From Chitinophagaceae bacterium (GTDB lineage Bacteria > Bacteroidota > Bacteroidia > Chitinophagales > Chitinophagaceae): DNA of 64,000 nt. The stretch spans positions 350-64,349 of the forward strand of contig JBHENB010000005.1 in NCBI GenBank assembly GCA_046262255.1, given 5' to 3'. This document shows positions 36,181-46,200 of the stretch, piece after piece; the stretch's first letter is position 1; every line of letters starts with the position of its first letter. A program made the position numbers and the translations under genes. The notes under the pieces were generated by a model that saw nothing but the letters and a program-made list of their open reading frames with translations, did no database searches and was not told the origin of the DNA.

Positions 36181-37989
36181 ATGCGCTTCAAATCTCCCCA
36201 AATCAGCGGCTATACTGTAGTCGCCGTCACAGGCATTAACACCGTAAGCTTTGCTATTGACTTCCGCAATGCCGACACAGCAGGACTTCTTGGCTTTGCA
36301 GTAGAACGCCACGATAAAAAAGAAGAGGAACGATATTTTATTAAAGGCTTCAAGGTATTCAAAGAGTTCGATCCTAATCCATCAGAAACAGTTGAAGTAT
36401 CCACTTTCGACCAGCCGGTGCAAAGCTTTGCGTGGGAAGATTTCACCGCTAAGTCCGGTTATGAATACGACTATTATTTCTATCCCTTAAAAGGGAAGCC
36501 CAAAAATCTCGATCGCTCTGCACAGCCCATTAAAATCACTGTACAAACGGAAGAATTGTATGACCCCAACAGCCAGCATGATGTTTTCTTCAACCGTGGT
36601 GTGGCCAGCAGCCAGGCATATATCCGCCGCTTCGGCTACCGCTCACTGGATTACCTGAAACCAGCTAAAAAGCGGGAAGCAAAAAAATGGCTTACACGTG
36701 ACCTGAAAACAGCGCTGCTAAAGTTTATTAAACAAGCTGAGGCAGGTGAACACCTGTATGCCTGTGTTTATGAATTTCATCATCCTGGGGTGGTAGAGGC
36801 ATTCAAAGACGCCATTGATAAAGGCGTAAACGTGAAGATCATTATTGACGCCAAGAACAATCCTAAAACAGACACGAAAGGGAAATTAGGCGACCCCTTT
36901 CCAAAACAGATCAACCTTGATACTATTAAGGCTGCAGGCATTTCTCTTAATCACATAATTTTAAGACAAAGCAATAAGAGCAACATACAGCATAACAAAT
37001 TTATAGTGTATGCCGGTACAAATAATAAAACAGTGGCTGTATGGACGGGGTCTACTAACATTTCCGACGGCGGCATTTACGGACAAACCAACGTAGGCCA
37101 CTGGATAAAAAATGCAGACGTAGCAGACAAATTTCTGCAATACTGGAACATTTTAAAAGACGATCCCGGCGGTAAAGAAGGAAACACAATAGCAGAAAAT
37201 AAAACCCTGAACAAAGAATTTAAAGAAAAAGTAATTGCATTACAGGCTGATATTGAGCACAAGCGTAATAAGCCTTTCGACCGCTCAAAAATAACAGCTA
37301 ATGCCACTACTGCTGTGTTTTCGCCACGCACATCCAATGCTATGATGGAAGTGTATGCAAAAATGATGGATGCCTGCTCTGACTGTGCCTGCATTACGCT
37401 GGCGTTTGGCATAAACAAACGCTTCAAAAGCTACCTGGTGGATAACACCAATAACAACCACATTTGCTTTTTTCTGCTGGAAAAAAAAGACAAAGCAAGT
37501 GAAAAGAATAAGGATACTTTCGTTACTATCAATGCATCGCATAATGTGTACAAAGCATGGGGCTCATATTTTAAGGACCCGTTATACCAATGGGTGAAGG
37601 AAACCAGCACAAAATCGCTTAAGCTCAACAGGCATGTAATGTACATTCATAGCAAGTTTATGCTGCTTGATCCATTGAGCAATGATCCCGTTGTGGTAAC
37701 GGGCTCAGCCAATTTCAGCGATAATTCCACAAGTAAGAACGATGAGAACATGGTGATCATCCGTGGTGATAAAAGGGTGGCTGATATTTATTTTACTGAG
37801 TTCATGCGGTTGTTTAATCATTACTACTTCCGCTCTGTTATTGAAGACCTGCGCGACCAAAACAGACCGCCGGACCAGGGAAGTATATTTCTTGCTTCCA
37901 AAGCGGAGGAGTGGCTAAAAAAATACGAACCGGGCACATTTAAAACAAAGCGTATTGAAATGATGGCAAAGCTCGAAGGAGTGGTGTAA
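36181..37989 (+). CDS. Cytoplasmic phospholipase D-superfamily protein with two HKD-type motifs
   Basis: HNKFIVYA...WTGSTN and HSKFMLLD...TGSANFS...NDEN motifs; no signal peptide. Confidence 0.88.
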   Translation: MRFKSPQISGYTVVAVTGINTVSFAIDFRNADTAGLLGFAVERHDKKEEERYFIKGFKVFKEFDPNPSETVEVSTFDQPVQSFAWEDFTAKSGYEYDYYFYPLKGKPKNLDRSAQPIKITVQTEELYDPNSQHDVFFNRGVASSQAYIRRFGYRSLDYLKPAKKREAKKWLTRDLKTALLKFIKQAEAGEHLYACVYEFHHPGVVEAFKDAIDKGVNVKIIIDAKNNPKTDTKGKLGDPFPKQINLDTIKAAGISLNHIILRQSNKSNIQHNKFIVYAGTNNKTVAVWTGSTNISDGGIYGQTNVGHWIKNADVADKFLQYWNILKDDPGGKEGNTIAENKTLNKEFKEKVIALQADIEHKRNKPFDRSKITANATTAVFSPRTSNAMMEVYAKMMDACSDCACITLAFGINKRFKSYLVDNTNNNHICFFLLEKKDKASEKNKDTFVTINASHNVYKAWGSYFKDPLYQWVKETSTKSLKLNRHVMYIHSKFMLLDPLSNDPVVVTGSANFSDNSTSKNDENMVIIRGDKRVADIYFTEFMRLFNHYYFRSVIEDLRDQNRPPDQGSIFLASKAEEWLKKYEPGTFKTKRIEMMAKLEGVV

Positions 37990-38022
37990 TAAGTTATTTG
38001 ATCTGTTATATTTACTCCACAC

Positions 38023-38306
38023 ATGAAGTTTTACGACCAGCCAAAAGAGCAAAGGCAAAAACTTGTTGAAGACATTCATGCACATATACTTGTGGACATA
38101 CGCAGGAACACGTTACACATATCCACCGCTAGTTTTCTGAGGACACCTATATAAGAAAAGCAGCCTGCCACGCCGTTGGTAAAATTTACCTGGGCAATGC
38201 ATCATTACAGGAGAAAACAATTAAACTGCTTGGCAATCTATTGAATGATGCCAAACCCACAGTGCGGCAGACAACCATAAATGCTGCCGGTGAAATAGGC
38301 ATATAA
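38023..38306 (+). pseudogene. HEAT-repeat protein fragment (frameshifted, truncated)
   Basis: MKFYDQPKEQRQKLVEDI..., frameshift near 38130, then FSEDTYIRKAACHAVGKIY...VRQTTINAAGEIGI*. Confidence 0.7.
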
Positions 38307-38367
38307 GTGTGCACCCAGCAAATTAAAACCGCATAAAAAGCTTAGATTTGGTAATTATCAATCTAAA

Positions 38368-38589
38368 ATGAATTTTATGAAATTAGTTAAGGTTATTGAA
38401 GTGATTTCTGCATCGGAAAAAGGAATTGAAGATGCTGTACACAATGCAGTTGCAGAAGTTTCTAAAACAGTTCGCAATATTGATTCTGTTTATATAAAAG
38501 AAATAAAAGCACACGTAAAAGATGGAAAGGTGACAACCTTTGGTGTTAACTGCCAGGTTTCTTTTAGAGTAGAAAATGCAGGAGAGTAG
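38368..38589 (+). CDS. Dodecin-family protein
   Basis: KVIEVISAS..GIEDAVHNAV...KTVRNIDSVYIKE...CQVSF pattern; TAGATTTG promoter-like box at 38343-38350. Confidence 0.85.
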   Translation: MNFMKLVKVIEVISASEKGIEDAVHNAVAEVSKTVRNIDSVYIKEIKAHVKDGKVTTFGVNCQVSFRVENAGE

Positions 38590-38625
38590 AACTAAACAAT
38601 TTTCTTTTTCTTAAAAAATTAATTT

Positions 38626-39216
38626 ATGCTTAAAGAACTATTTGAGCTTGTAAAAGCTAATGCCGCAGAACCTGTTATTAATAATCCTGATATACCAAAT
38701 GAAAAAAATAACGAAGTTGTAGCCGAGGCTACCAACACTGTTGCATCAGGCCTGCGTAATATAGTAGCCGGTGGTGGCGTGCAAAGCCTCGTGTCTCTTT
38801 TAAACAGTGGTAACCGGGATAAAAAAAGTTTACTAAGCAATCCTATTGTATCTATGATGATGGGGCATTTTGCAGGTAAGCTTATGAATAAGTTTAACCT
38901 GAATAACAACCAGGCAAATAATGTATCAGGCAGCCTGATTCCCAATATCCTTAGCTCTCTTATTAATAAAACCAATGATCCCAGTGACCAGGCATTTTCT
39001 CTGGAGAAAATTTTAGGTTCCATTACGGGAAATAAAAGTGGCCTTAGTCAAGGAGGCAGTTTACAGGATTTGCTTTCACAATTAAGTGGTGGTGGAACCC
39101 AGGGAGCCGGTGGTGGTATGTTGGATATTATTAAAAGTCTTGCAGGTGGTGCACAACAGCAACAGCAAACAAATGGTGATAAATTGCTGGATATTATAAA
39201 GGGGTTTGCGAGGTAA
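38626..39216 (+). CDS. Hypothetical Gly-rich protein (DUF937-like)
   Basis: 196-aa ORF with a low-complexity GG/QQ-rich C-terminus. Confidence 0.65.
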   Translation: MLKELFELVKANAAEPVINNPDIPNEKNNEVVAEATNTVASGLRNIVAGGGVQSLVSLLNSGNRDKKSLLSNPIVSMMMGHFAGKLMNKFNLNNNQANNVSGSLIPNILSSLINKTNDPSDQAFSLEKILGSITGNKSGLSQGGSLQDLLSQLSGGGTQGAGGGMLDIIKSLAGGAQQQQQTNGDKLLDIIKGFAR

Positions 39217-39261
39217 ATTCTCATTGGAATGATTTCTGGCTGGAAGATGTTTGTAAATGGT

Positions 39262-39333
39262 GAGATTGCGTTCTATAATGAGGGGATTGCTTCATTCCTC
39301 GCAATGAAGTTCGAGTTGGTGGGCGCAATGACG
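39262..39333. repeat. Nested REP-like palindrome between convergent genes
   Basis: Inner GATTGC-ttcattcctc-GCAAT; outer ATTGCG (39265-39270) / CGCAAT (39324-39329). Confidence 0.55.
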
Positions 39334-39346
39334 CTTGTGAATGGTG

Positions 39347-40414
39347 TCAATGAAAAACGGGCATTTTCTTATCTAACTCCCGGAGGTGTTTGAAATGTTT
39401 GTTGGCTCTCCTGGTAAACCCTAAACCTTCTGTCAGCGTTTTGCATTTGACTCCCTGCCTGTTATGATATCTGGCAATGGAAAACAGTATATGCCAATGG
39501 TGAACAATAATTTTAAATGCCTGGAATAAATTATTACCGTTGCCATACATATGATGCGGCTCAGCGCCGGTGCCATTAAATTCTAATATAGAAAAGTTTT
39601 TTCCCTCTTTCAGATCATTGACAGAAGCACATTTTACATCATACCTTCCATAATACAAATTGCCGGAAGCATGACTGATCCTGTCAAATACCTGTAACAG
39701 GTTATCATCTTTTTCCTCTTCAAGGCTTACCAGTCTTGCACCGCGACTTAGGTTTGCAACCCATGACAATCTGAATATTTCTCCTGCCGGAATTATTTCC
39801 CCCAATCTGCTTCTGTGTTTAGCCTCCCATTCATCATATTTAAAGCCAGGCCGGTTTAAAAGCTGTTGCATCAATGTTCCTAATGTTGAAGATCCATCAC
39901 CAACAACTTCCAAAGCTTCCTTTTTTACAAAACCGGTAATGTTACCTCTTTCCTCTGCGGGCATTCTATAATAAAAAACACTTACTTCAACAGGATAATG
40001 AACCAACTCCTGCAGTATATACTCCGCAGTCATTGTTTGATGATATATGGAGAGTTCTTCTTTGTTATCTATTTTACGAAACATCAAACCCATCATTCCT
40101 ATGTTCGGTTTCACCGCAATGGGGTAAGATAGCCCGGCCTCCGCCAGTCCTTTTTCCACCTGTTGCAGGGGCCAGGTGGGATCTATATAAATGCTGTTCG
40201 GAAAAGTTTCTTTAGGCAGGTGGTTATAAATCTCCCTCTTAGGACCACCTTCAAACCCACCAAAGGTTAAAGTAGGGTTAGCGGGTGTAAAAAAATAAAA
40301 AGAACGGGCACGTAAACTGTACCAAAGCCAGACGGGTGAAAGGAGCACATACTTTACATTGTAATGCCATTGTTCCCAATGCGTCACAACATAACACCAT
40401 CTTTTCAACTTCAT
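39347..40414 (-). CDS. ATP-grasp-like hypothetical protein
   Basis: YPIAVKPNIG, YILQE, YYGRYDVK and ILEFNG motifs. Confidence 0.7.
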   Translation of the reverse strand: MKLKRWCYVVTHWEQWHYNVKYVLLSPVWLWYSLRARSFYFFTPANPTLTFGGFEGGPKREIYNHLPKETFPNSIYIDPTWPLQQVEKGLAEAGLSYPIAVKPNIGMMGLMFRKIDNKEELSIYHQTMTAEYILQELVHYPVEVSVFYYRMPAEERGNITGFVKKEALEVVGDGSSTLGTLMQQLLNRPGFKYDEWEAKHRSRLGEIIPAGEIFRLSWVANLSRGARLVSLEEEKDDNLLQVFDRISHASGNLYYGRYDVKCASVNDLKEGKNFSILEFNGTGAEPHHMYGNGNNLFQAFKIIVHHWHILFSIARYHNRQGVKCKTLTEGLGFTRRANKHFKHLRELDKKMPVFH

Positions 40415-40458
40415 CTGGTTATGTTATTTTGGCGTGTTATTCTGCTCTGACATGAATT

Positions 40459-41865
40459 CTATTTTTTAATCCTGATCCTATCCAGAAGCCGCCCTTCTAC
40501 ATCAAGCTGTTGAAAAATCAATTGATCTGTGCTGGTTTCAATGAGACTATAGGAATAAACGTGCGAAATTAATTTCACCGTAAAAGGTACCCAGTTCGCT
40601 TCCGGTTCATGCGCCCATAAGTTCGGTTTATTACTGAAAGCTGTATCGTACAAACCGGCTCCACCCGCCCCTGTAACAATATAAACCACACCATCAGGCT
40701 TCATTCTTCTTTTACCATCAAAGTATTTATCTAAAATAAATTTGCCGTCCACTCTTCCGGTGCTATCAATTAATGCCTTACCTGCAGCATTTAGTTTTGG
40801 GTTAAACTTTAAAGGATAACTACGCTGATAATTATGTACATGGCCGTTCAGTACAAGGTCCACCGCAGATCTTTCAAAAACAGGTGATAATACCCGCATC
40901 CATTGTGCATTATAATGTGCGTTGCTGGAATGAAATCCCGGGTGATGAAAAGCAACAATTTTCCATTTTGCTTTACTGTTCTTCAGATCGTTTTCCAGCC
41001 AGGTCAAAAAATCAGTTTCAAATGGGTGAACATAAGGGTTAGAGTCAATGCAAGCAATATGCACATTGCCATGGTCAAATGAATAATTGGCCATGTTTGG
41101 GTAGCGTCCTTCTGTAGCCTTTCTAAAACTGTCAAGCTGCTCGGGTCTTCCTTTGGCCGTTACCATTCTTTGAAAAGCAGGAGCATTCAGCGGCAGGTCG
41201 AAATAATAAAAATATCCCAATCCATCCGGGTATGTCCCTAGATCCGCCGCATATACATCGTGATTGCCAACAGCAAGATAGATTGGAACAGAGCGCATCA
41301 GAGGTGCTCCGGTTTGTGGAGAGGATCCTGTATTATTGAAATACGGAAAATAGTATTTTAAGTATTCACTCACCCTTCCTCTTGAATAAACATTATCCCC
41401 GGTTATCAAAACAAATTGAGGCTTGCTTAAATAAGCCCTGTAAGCAATCTGTGCTTCAGCTGCAGTGCCTATACCACAATCGCCAAACACAACAAACCGT
41501 GAAGAAAATTTTGCAGACCGGGTGGTAAATGATGATTCAGCAACAGGTCTACCGTTCATGGATACACGATAATAATACTCCTCATCGAAACTGAGGTCTG
41601 GAAGAATGGCGCGGTATATGAGTGGATACGAATTACCAAAATTCAGCATAGTGGCTTTCACCAACGCGGATTTATTGTATCGCCTGCTGCTGCCATATTC
41701 TACAGTGAACGATGCCGGAATACTATCTGTTTGCCAGATAATAACCTTTTCTTCTTTGTTTAGCGTTGGTGCATTCCCAGGTTGTATATAAGGAGTGACT
41801 ATTAACTGCTGTGAAAGGCAGGTGGTACAGCTAATAAGCGAAATAAAAAGTAATCGCATCTTCAT
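40459..41865 (-). CDS. Exported purple-acid-phosphatase-type metallophosphoesterase
   Basis: Signal peptide, FN3-like N-domain, FGDCG, TGDNVY, GNHD and GHVHNYQR motifs. Confidence 0.9.
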   Translation of the reverse strand: MKMRLLFISLISCTTCLSQQLIVTPYIQPGNAPTLNKEEKVIIWQTDSIPASFTVEYGSSRRYNKSALVKATMLNFGNSYPLIYRAILPDLSFDEEYYYRVSMNGRPVAESSFTTRSAKFSSRFVVFGDCGIGTAAEAQIAYRAYLSKPQFVLITGDNVYSRGRVSEYLKYYFPYFNNTGSSPQTGAPLMRSVPIYLAVGNHDVYAADLGTYPDGLGYFYYFDLPLNAPAFQRMVTAKGRPEQLDSFRKATEGRYPNMANYSFDHGNVHIACIDSNPYVHPFETDFLTWLENDLKNSKAKWKIVAFHHPGFHSSNAHYNAQWMRVLSPVFERSAVDLVLNGHVHNYQRSYPLKFNPKLNAAGKALIDSTGRVDGKFILDKYFDGKRRMKPDGVVYIVTGAGGAGLYDTAFSNKPNLWAHEPEANWVPFTVKLISHVYSYSLIETSTDQLIFQQLDVEGRLLDRIRIKK

Positions 41866-42060
41866 TAGTTATAGTTATCATTAAAGATAACCATTAGGAA
41901 CTCGCTATATGTTTTGTCAGAGGTGCACTTTCAGGCATCAAAAATCTGTAGCGCAGCAAATTGCACGGAAAAGTACATTCAGTTGAAGAAAAGTTGTTCT
42001 CTTTTGGTTGGTGCATTATTCGTCACCAACAACCATCAGATTCCGAACAGCGCAAATACA

Positions 42061-42288
42061 TTACACCTGCTTCTTCGGTGGCAAGCTAAATGCATTGGCT
42101 TCATGTTCAAAATGACCTTTATGGGAAGCATCGCAAAACGGTTTATTTTGAGATCGTCCGCAACGGCACATAGACACTACTGTTCTTCCTCCAAGATCAT
42201 ACACGTTGCCATTCTTATCTACAATTTCAAAATCACCCTCCACTTTCAGTGAGCCATTACTGTTTACCGTTATTCTTGTTATTGCCAT
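42061..42288 (-). CDS. CDGSH iron-sulfur domain protein
   Basis: CRCGRSQNKPFCDASH motif. Confidence 0.93.
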   Translation of the reverse strand: MAITRITVNSNGSLKVEGDFEIVDKNGNVYDLGGRTVVSMCRCGRSQNKPFCDASHKGHFEHEANAFSLPPKKQV

Positions 42289-42366
42289 GTAATAAAAATA
42301 ATTATGTGGTAATTTAATGAATTAACAGCAGTTCCGGAATTCTAAATGTCAGCTGATATAATCTCT

Positions 42367-43458
42367 TTAATCTTTACCTAAACCTTTAATAATAATGTTG
42401 GGGTTGTTACACGGGTAGGTGAACTCTGCCCTCATTTTTTTTGCATCGTTAATGGTTGCATAAAAGCCATCGAGAAATTTGATGGTGGCGTTTATATATT
42501 TTGCATCCAGCAAAGTGCAATTCGTATAAACGTTGTAAAACTCTTTTTTCAGCCGGTTAAATGTAGCAATCACTTCATCCATTGTTCTCCAGTCTGTAAT
42601 GCAATAACCGCGGAAACGCCGGTGCTGTGTGGATCTTAATGCCAACTCTTCTGCAGGCAAAGCATACGGTGCATTTACTATACCTGCATGGTCAAAGTCA
42701 TAGGGAACTACGGAAGGAATACTAAATGAGTCAATAGCCATTATACGGATGTTGTGTAAAAATTCAACTGACCAGTCTGTATTGCCAATCATATATTGAA
42801 ACACGGCCATCTTTAAAAAGGTTTCTGTTTCTGTACTTTCTCCCCGCATCATTTTTTTATTCAGTATTAGTGTTCTGTTGCGTTTTGCCATTTGCTCATC
42901 CTCTTCCAGCAACATTGTGTACAAAGCGGTTTCTCTTTTTCTTTCCGCATCATAAAAATTCACCTTTGCAAGTCTTGCCCGGAAACTTTTTGGCGTTAGA
43001 ATGTTGTACAGTTTGTAAACGAGGTATTCCCTTATAACATGACTTTCCTCTTTGCAGGGCATTACCATTTTCAATTTATCCTGATTCTCGAAAAGAGTGG
43101 ATTTACTCCCAATCTTTTGAAAATTAAGCAGGATGGGCGGGTAAGTACAATTGGATTTGTCCCTGCGAAAATTACCTCTTGTTTTCGCTTTTAAAGAAAC
43201 AGAAACTTCGTTGCTGTCAACTTTTCTATAAGAAAGCACTACCGGATGGTATGCAGGCACCTCTCCCCTGTCTGCAAATAACTGCCGGATGTTGCCGGAC
43301 AATTTAAAATGGAGCACTTCATCACTGCCAAATAAATCGTTCACAGATGAAGGATGTGTAGAAGGTGAACCAGTTTTGCTATACGCAGAAAGAGTTGTTT
43401 CCGGTAAGATAAAGAACCAGCAGATTACAGGAATAGCAATTAATAACAATAATTTCAA
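42367..43458 (-). CDS. Exported hypothetical protein with atypical-kinase-like motifs (CotH/HipA-like)
   Basis: Signal peptide; KTRG, EYLVYKLY, IGNTDWS and PYDFD motifs. Kinase-like fold is inferred. Confidence 0.55.
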   Translation of the reverse strand: MKLLLLIAIPVICWFFILPETTLSAYSKTGSPSTHPSSVNDLFGSDEVLHFKLSGNIRQLFADRGEVPAYHPVVLSYRKVDSNEVSVSLKAKTRGNFRRDKSNCTYPPILLNFQKIGSKSTLFENQDKLKMVMPCKEESHVIREYLVYKLYNILTPKSFRARLAKVNFYDAERKRETALYTMLLEEDEQMAKRNRTLILNKKMMRGESTETETFLKMAVFQYMIGNTDWSVEFLHNIRIMAIDSFSIPSVVPYDFDHAGIVNAPYALPAEELALRSTQHRRFRGYCITDWRTMDEVIATFNRLKKEFYNVYTNCTLLDAKYINATIKFLDGFYATINDAKKMRAEFTYPCNNPNIIIKGLGKD

Positions 43459-43584
43459 AAAATTCAGTTTTGGAACAGAAAGTTAGTAAATACAAGTGGG
43501 AAAGCAAAACGATGTCAGAGCCAACAATATTAAGTAATAAAATTGTTTATGTTTATTACCTCACTAAAACCAAAACTATCAAAC

Positions 43585-44127
43585 ATGAAAAAGTTCTTAT
43601 TTCTTTTAATTACTGCAACTATTTTTTTAGCATGTAATAATGACGCAACGAACAACACCGAATCTGTATCCGGCGATACAGCTAACAATAACCAACAGGT
43701 GAACCTGCCTTATACCGTTGAAAAAACTCCGGACTGGGAAAGAGGGGATGCCAACAACGTGGCAATTGCAATGAATACTTTACGGGCTTTTGAAGTAAAT
43801 GATTTGAATGCTCTGCAACAGTACCTCGCTGATACTTTAGAATTCTATTATGATAATATGAGCTTTAAAGGATCAAGAGACAGCCTGATTAAATTTTTTA
43901 CAGGCTTCCGCAACAGTATAAACAGTATGAATGTAAAGATGCATGATTATGAATCTGTAAAAAGTAAAAACCGGAATGAGGAATGGGTTGGGCTTTGGTA
44001 CACAGAAACTGTTACCGATAAAAAAGGAAAAACAGATTCATCAATGGTAATGGATGATATAAAAATTGTTAATGGAAAGGTTGCCATTATTGATAGTAAG
44101 ATGAGGCGTTTATCGAAAAAGCAATAA
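43585..44127 (+). CDS. Lipoprotein with NTF2/SnoaL-like domain
   Basis: Lipobox FLAC; probable ATG at 43585. Confidence 0.7.
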   Translation: MKKFLFLLITATIFLACNNDATNNTESVSGDTANNNQQVNLPYTVEKTPDWERGDANNVAIAMNTLRAFEVNDLNALQQYLADTLEFYYDNMSFKGSRDSLIKFFTGFRNSINSMNVKMHDYESVKSKNRNEEWVGLWYTETVTDKKGKTDSSMVMDDIKIVNGKVAIIDSKMRRLSKKQ

Positions 44128-44216
44128 GTACTTTATTTTGAACGCCGCCTCATTGGAAATATTCTATGTTCTCTTGCAAGATGCCACTTACTTCCAACTA
44201 TGGAGTTAGTTTCAAT

Positions 44217-44244
44217 AAAAAACCCCCACCGAAAACAGTGGGGG
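44217..44244 (-). terminator. Intrinsic terminator of the dcw cluster (downstream of ftsZ)
   Basis: Minus strand CCCCCAC-tgttttcg-GTGGGGG-TTTTTT. Confidence 0.8.
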
Positions 44245-44295
44245 AACAACTAAACACCAGTCTTCATTGGTTACTTCATGGGATACTGACGGCGT

Positions 44296-46131
44296 TTAAT
44301 CTGGCTTTTTGCCATCTAAGAAAGTATTGATTGTACTGATCTGCCCCTTGTTGTTTTCTCCGGTTTTTACGGTGTAATTGCTGTAAAAATTTTCTACATT
44401 GGAAGTAGTGTTGTACAGCTCCATATTTCTTCGGATGTATGCAGGTACTGACTCAAACTCGTTATTTGGATCGGCAGCATTTATATTGAACGACAGGTTA
44501 CGCAACTTTTGAAGCCGTTCTGCTGCTTTCAGCTTTTCATCATCACAATCAGACGGCGGCACTACATCTTCCTTCTTTGGATCTGCAGGAACTACAGCCT
44601 TTGCAACAGGTTCTTCTGTTACAGGCACATCAGTCTTAATAACCAATTGCATATTCGGTGCTTCGGACTCTTCTGCATTTGCGGTTGGCGTAACAACCGG
44701 TATCTCTGCGGGCTTAACAGGTTCTGCTTTTTGTTCTGCATAAATATTTGATGGCCTTGATAGATAACCACCGGATGCTCCAGATGATTGTGATTCATTT
44801 TTTCCAATGACATTCTGGCGTAACCGCTCAAACTTTTCATCCAGTGCTTTCTTTTTTAGTTCCAGATCTTTCTTTTCGGCTTCTGCATTTACTTCTTCTT
44901 TTATTTTCAAATGCAAGTGCACCGGTGATTCCTCCTCAGGTTCATTTTGGAATAACAGGTCCGCATCTGCATCTTGTATTTTAGGCATTGGTATTGTTGA
45001 AGACATGTTAGCAATTTCCTCGTCTATCAATTTTGGTGCAAGAGGATCGCTTGCCGGTTTTTTAACTTCCGCTACCTGCTTTTTTGATTCTGTTTCCCCC
45101 AATACCATTATAATTTTTTCTTCCTTTGGTTCTTGCTTTACAGGTGCACTTTTCATAAAAGGATCTTTATGCTCAAAACCTGTTGCAATTAACGTAATGC
45201 CTATTTTATCATCCAGTGAATTGTCATAACCAATTCCTAAAATCACATCTGTACCTTCCCCAGCCTGATTTTGCAAATAATTCTGAATGATCTCTACTTC
45301 GTCCATGGTAAACTCATGATCGCCTTCAGCAGAATTAATATTGATCAGTATCCATTGTGCACCACGTATGTCATTATCATTCAAAAGCGGGGAATGCAAT
45401 GCCTCTTCAATAGCTTTTTGTGCACGGTTTTCGCCGTTGCATGCTGCGCTACCTAAAATTGCTACGCCACCGTTCTTCATTACTGTACATACGTCTGCAA
45501 AGTCCACATTAATCTGCCCTGTACTGCTAATTACATCTGTAATACATTTAGCAGCAGTTGCCAAAACATTATCTGCTCTTGCAAAAGCATCCCGCATTTT
45601 TAAATTTCCAAACTGGTGCCGCAGTTTATCGTTACTTATCACCAATAAAGTATCTACATACTCTTTTAAAATTCTAATGCCGTCTTCCGCCTGCTGCTGA
45701 CGTTTTTTTCCTTCGTAAGCAAAAGGAGTAGTAACAATGCCAACGGTAAGGATGCCAAGGTCTTTACAAACCTTAGAAATAATGGGTGCACCTCCCGTAC
45801 CAGTACCACCACCCATTCCGGCTGTAACAAAAGCCATTTTAGTGTTTACTTCTAAAATGCTTTTTATTTCTTCCAGGCTTTCTTCAGTAGCCTGCCGTCC
45901 AATTTCGGGATTGGCTCCAGCTCCCAAGCCCTGGGTGAGGTGGGGACCTAACTGCACTTTGTTAGGGACATTACTTTGAGCAATAGCCTGTGCATCGGTG
46001 TTACAGATAATGAAGTTTACTCCGTCAATTTGCTGGCTGTACATGTAATTGACTGCATTGCTTCCACCACCACCAATGCCAATTACTTTTATGATGGAGG
46101 ATTTTTCTTTAGGAAGATCAAAGTGTATCAT
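44296..46131 (-). CDS. ftsZ: Cell division protein FtsZ with long C-terminal linker
   Basis: GGGGSNA and GMGGGTGTG (tubulin signature) motifs; C-terminal PAYIRR. Confidence 0.99.
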   Translation of the reverse strand: MIHFDLPKEKSSIIKVIGIGGGGSNAVNYMYSQQIDGVNFIICNTDAQAIAQSNVPNKVQLGPHLTQGLGAGANPEIGRQATEESLEEIKSILEVNTKMAFVTAGMGGGTGTGGAPIISKVCKDLGILTVGIVTTPFAYEGKKRQQQAEDGIRILKEYVDTLLVISNDKLRHQFGNLKMRDAFARADNVLATAAKCITDVISSTGQINVDFADVCTVMKNGGVAILGSAACNGENRAQKAIEEALHSPLLNDNDIRGAQWILININSAEGDHEFTMDEVEIIQNYLQNQAGEGTDVILGIGYDNSLDDKIGITLIATGFEHKDPFMKSAPVKQEPKEEKIIMVLGETESKKQVAEVKKPASDPLAPKLIDEEIANMSSTIPMPKIQDADADLLFQNEPEEESPVHLHLKIKEEVNAEAEKKDLELKKKALDEKFERLRQNVIGKNESQSSGASGGYLSRPSNIYAEQKAEPVKPAEIPVVTPTANAEESEAPNMQLVIKTDVPVTEEPVAKAVVPADPKKEDVVPPSDCDDEKLKAAERLQKLRNLSFNINAADPNNEFESVPAYIRRNMELYNTTSNVENFYSNYTVKTGENNKGQISTINTFLDGKKPD

Positions 46132-46200
46132 AGTTGTTGAATTTGTGCCGTTGGGTAAACAGCGTTATGGGATTAGTAAAGTAAAAAATGGTGTAGCTCA

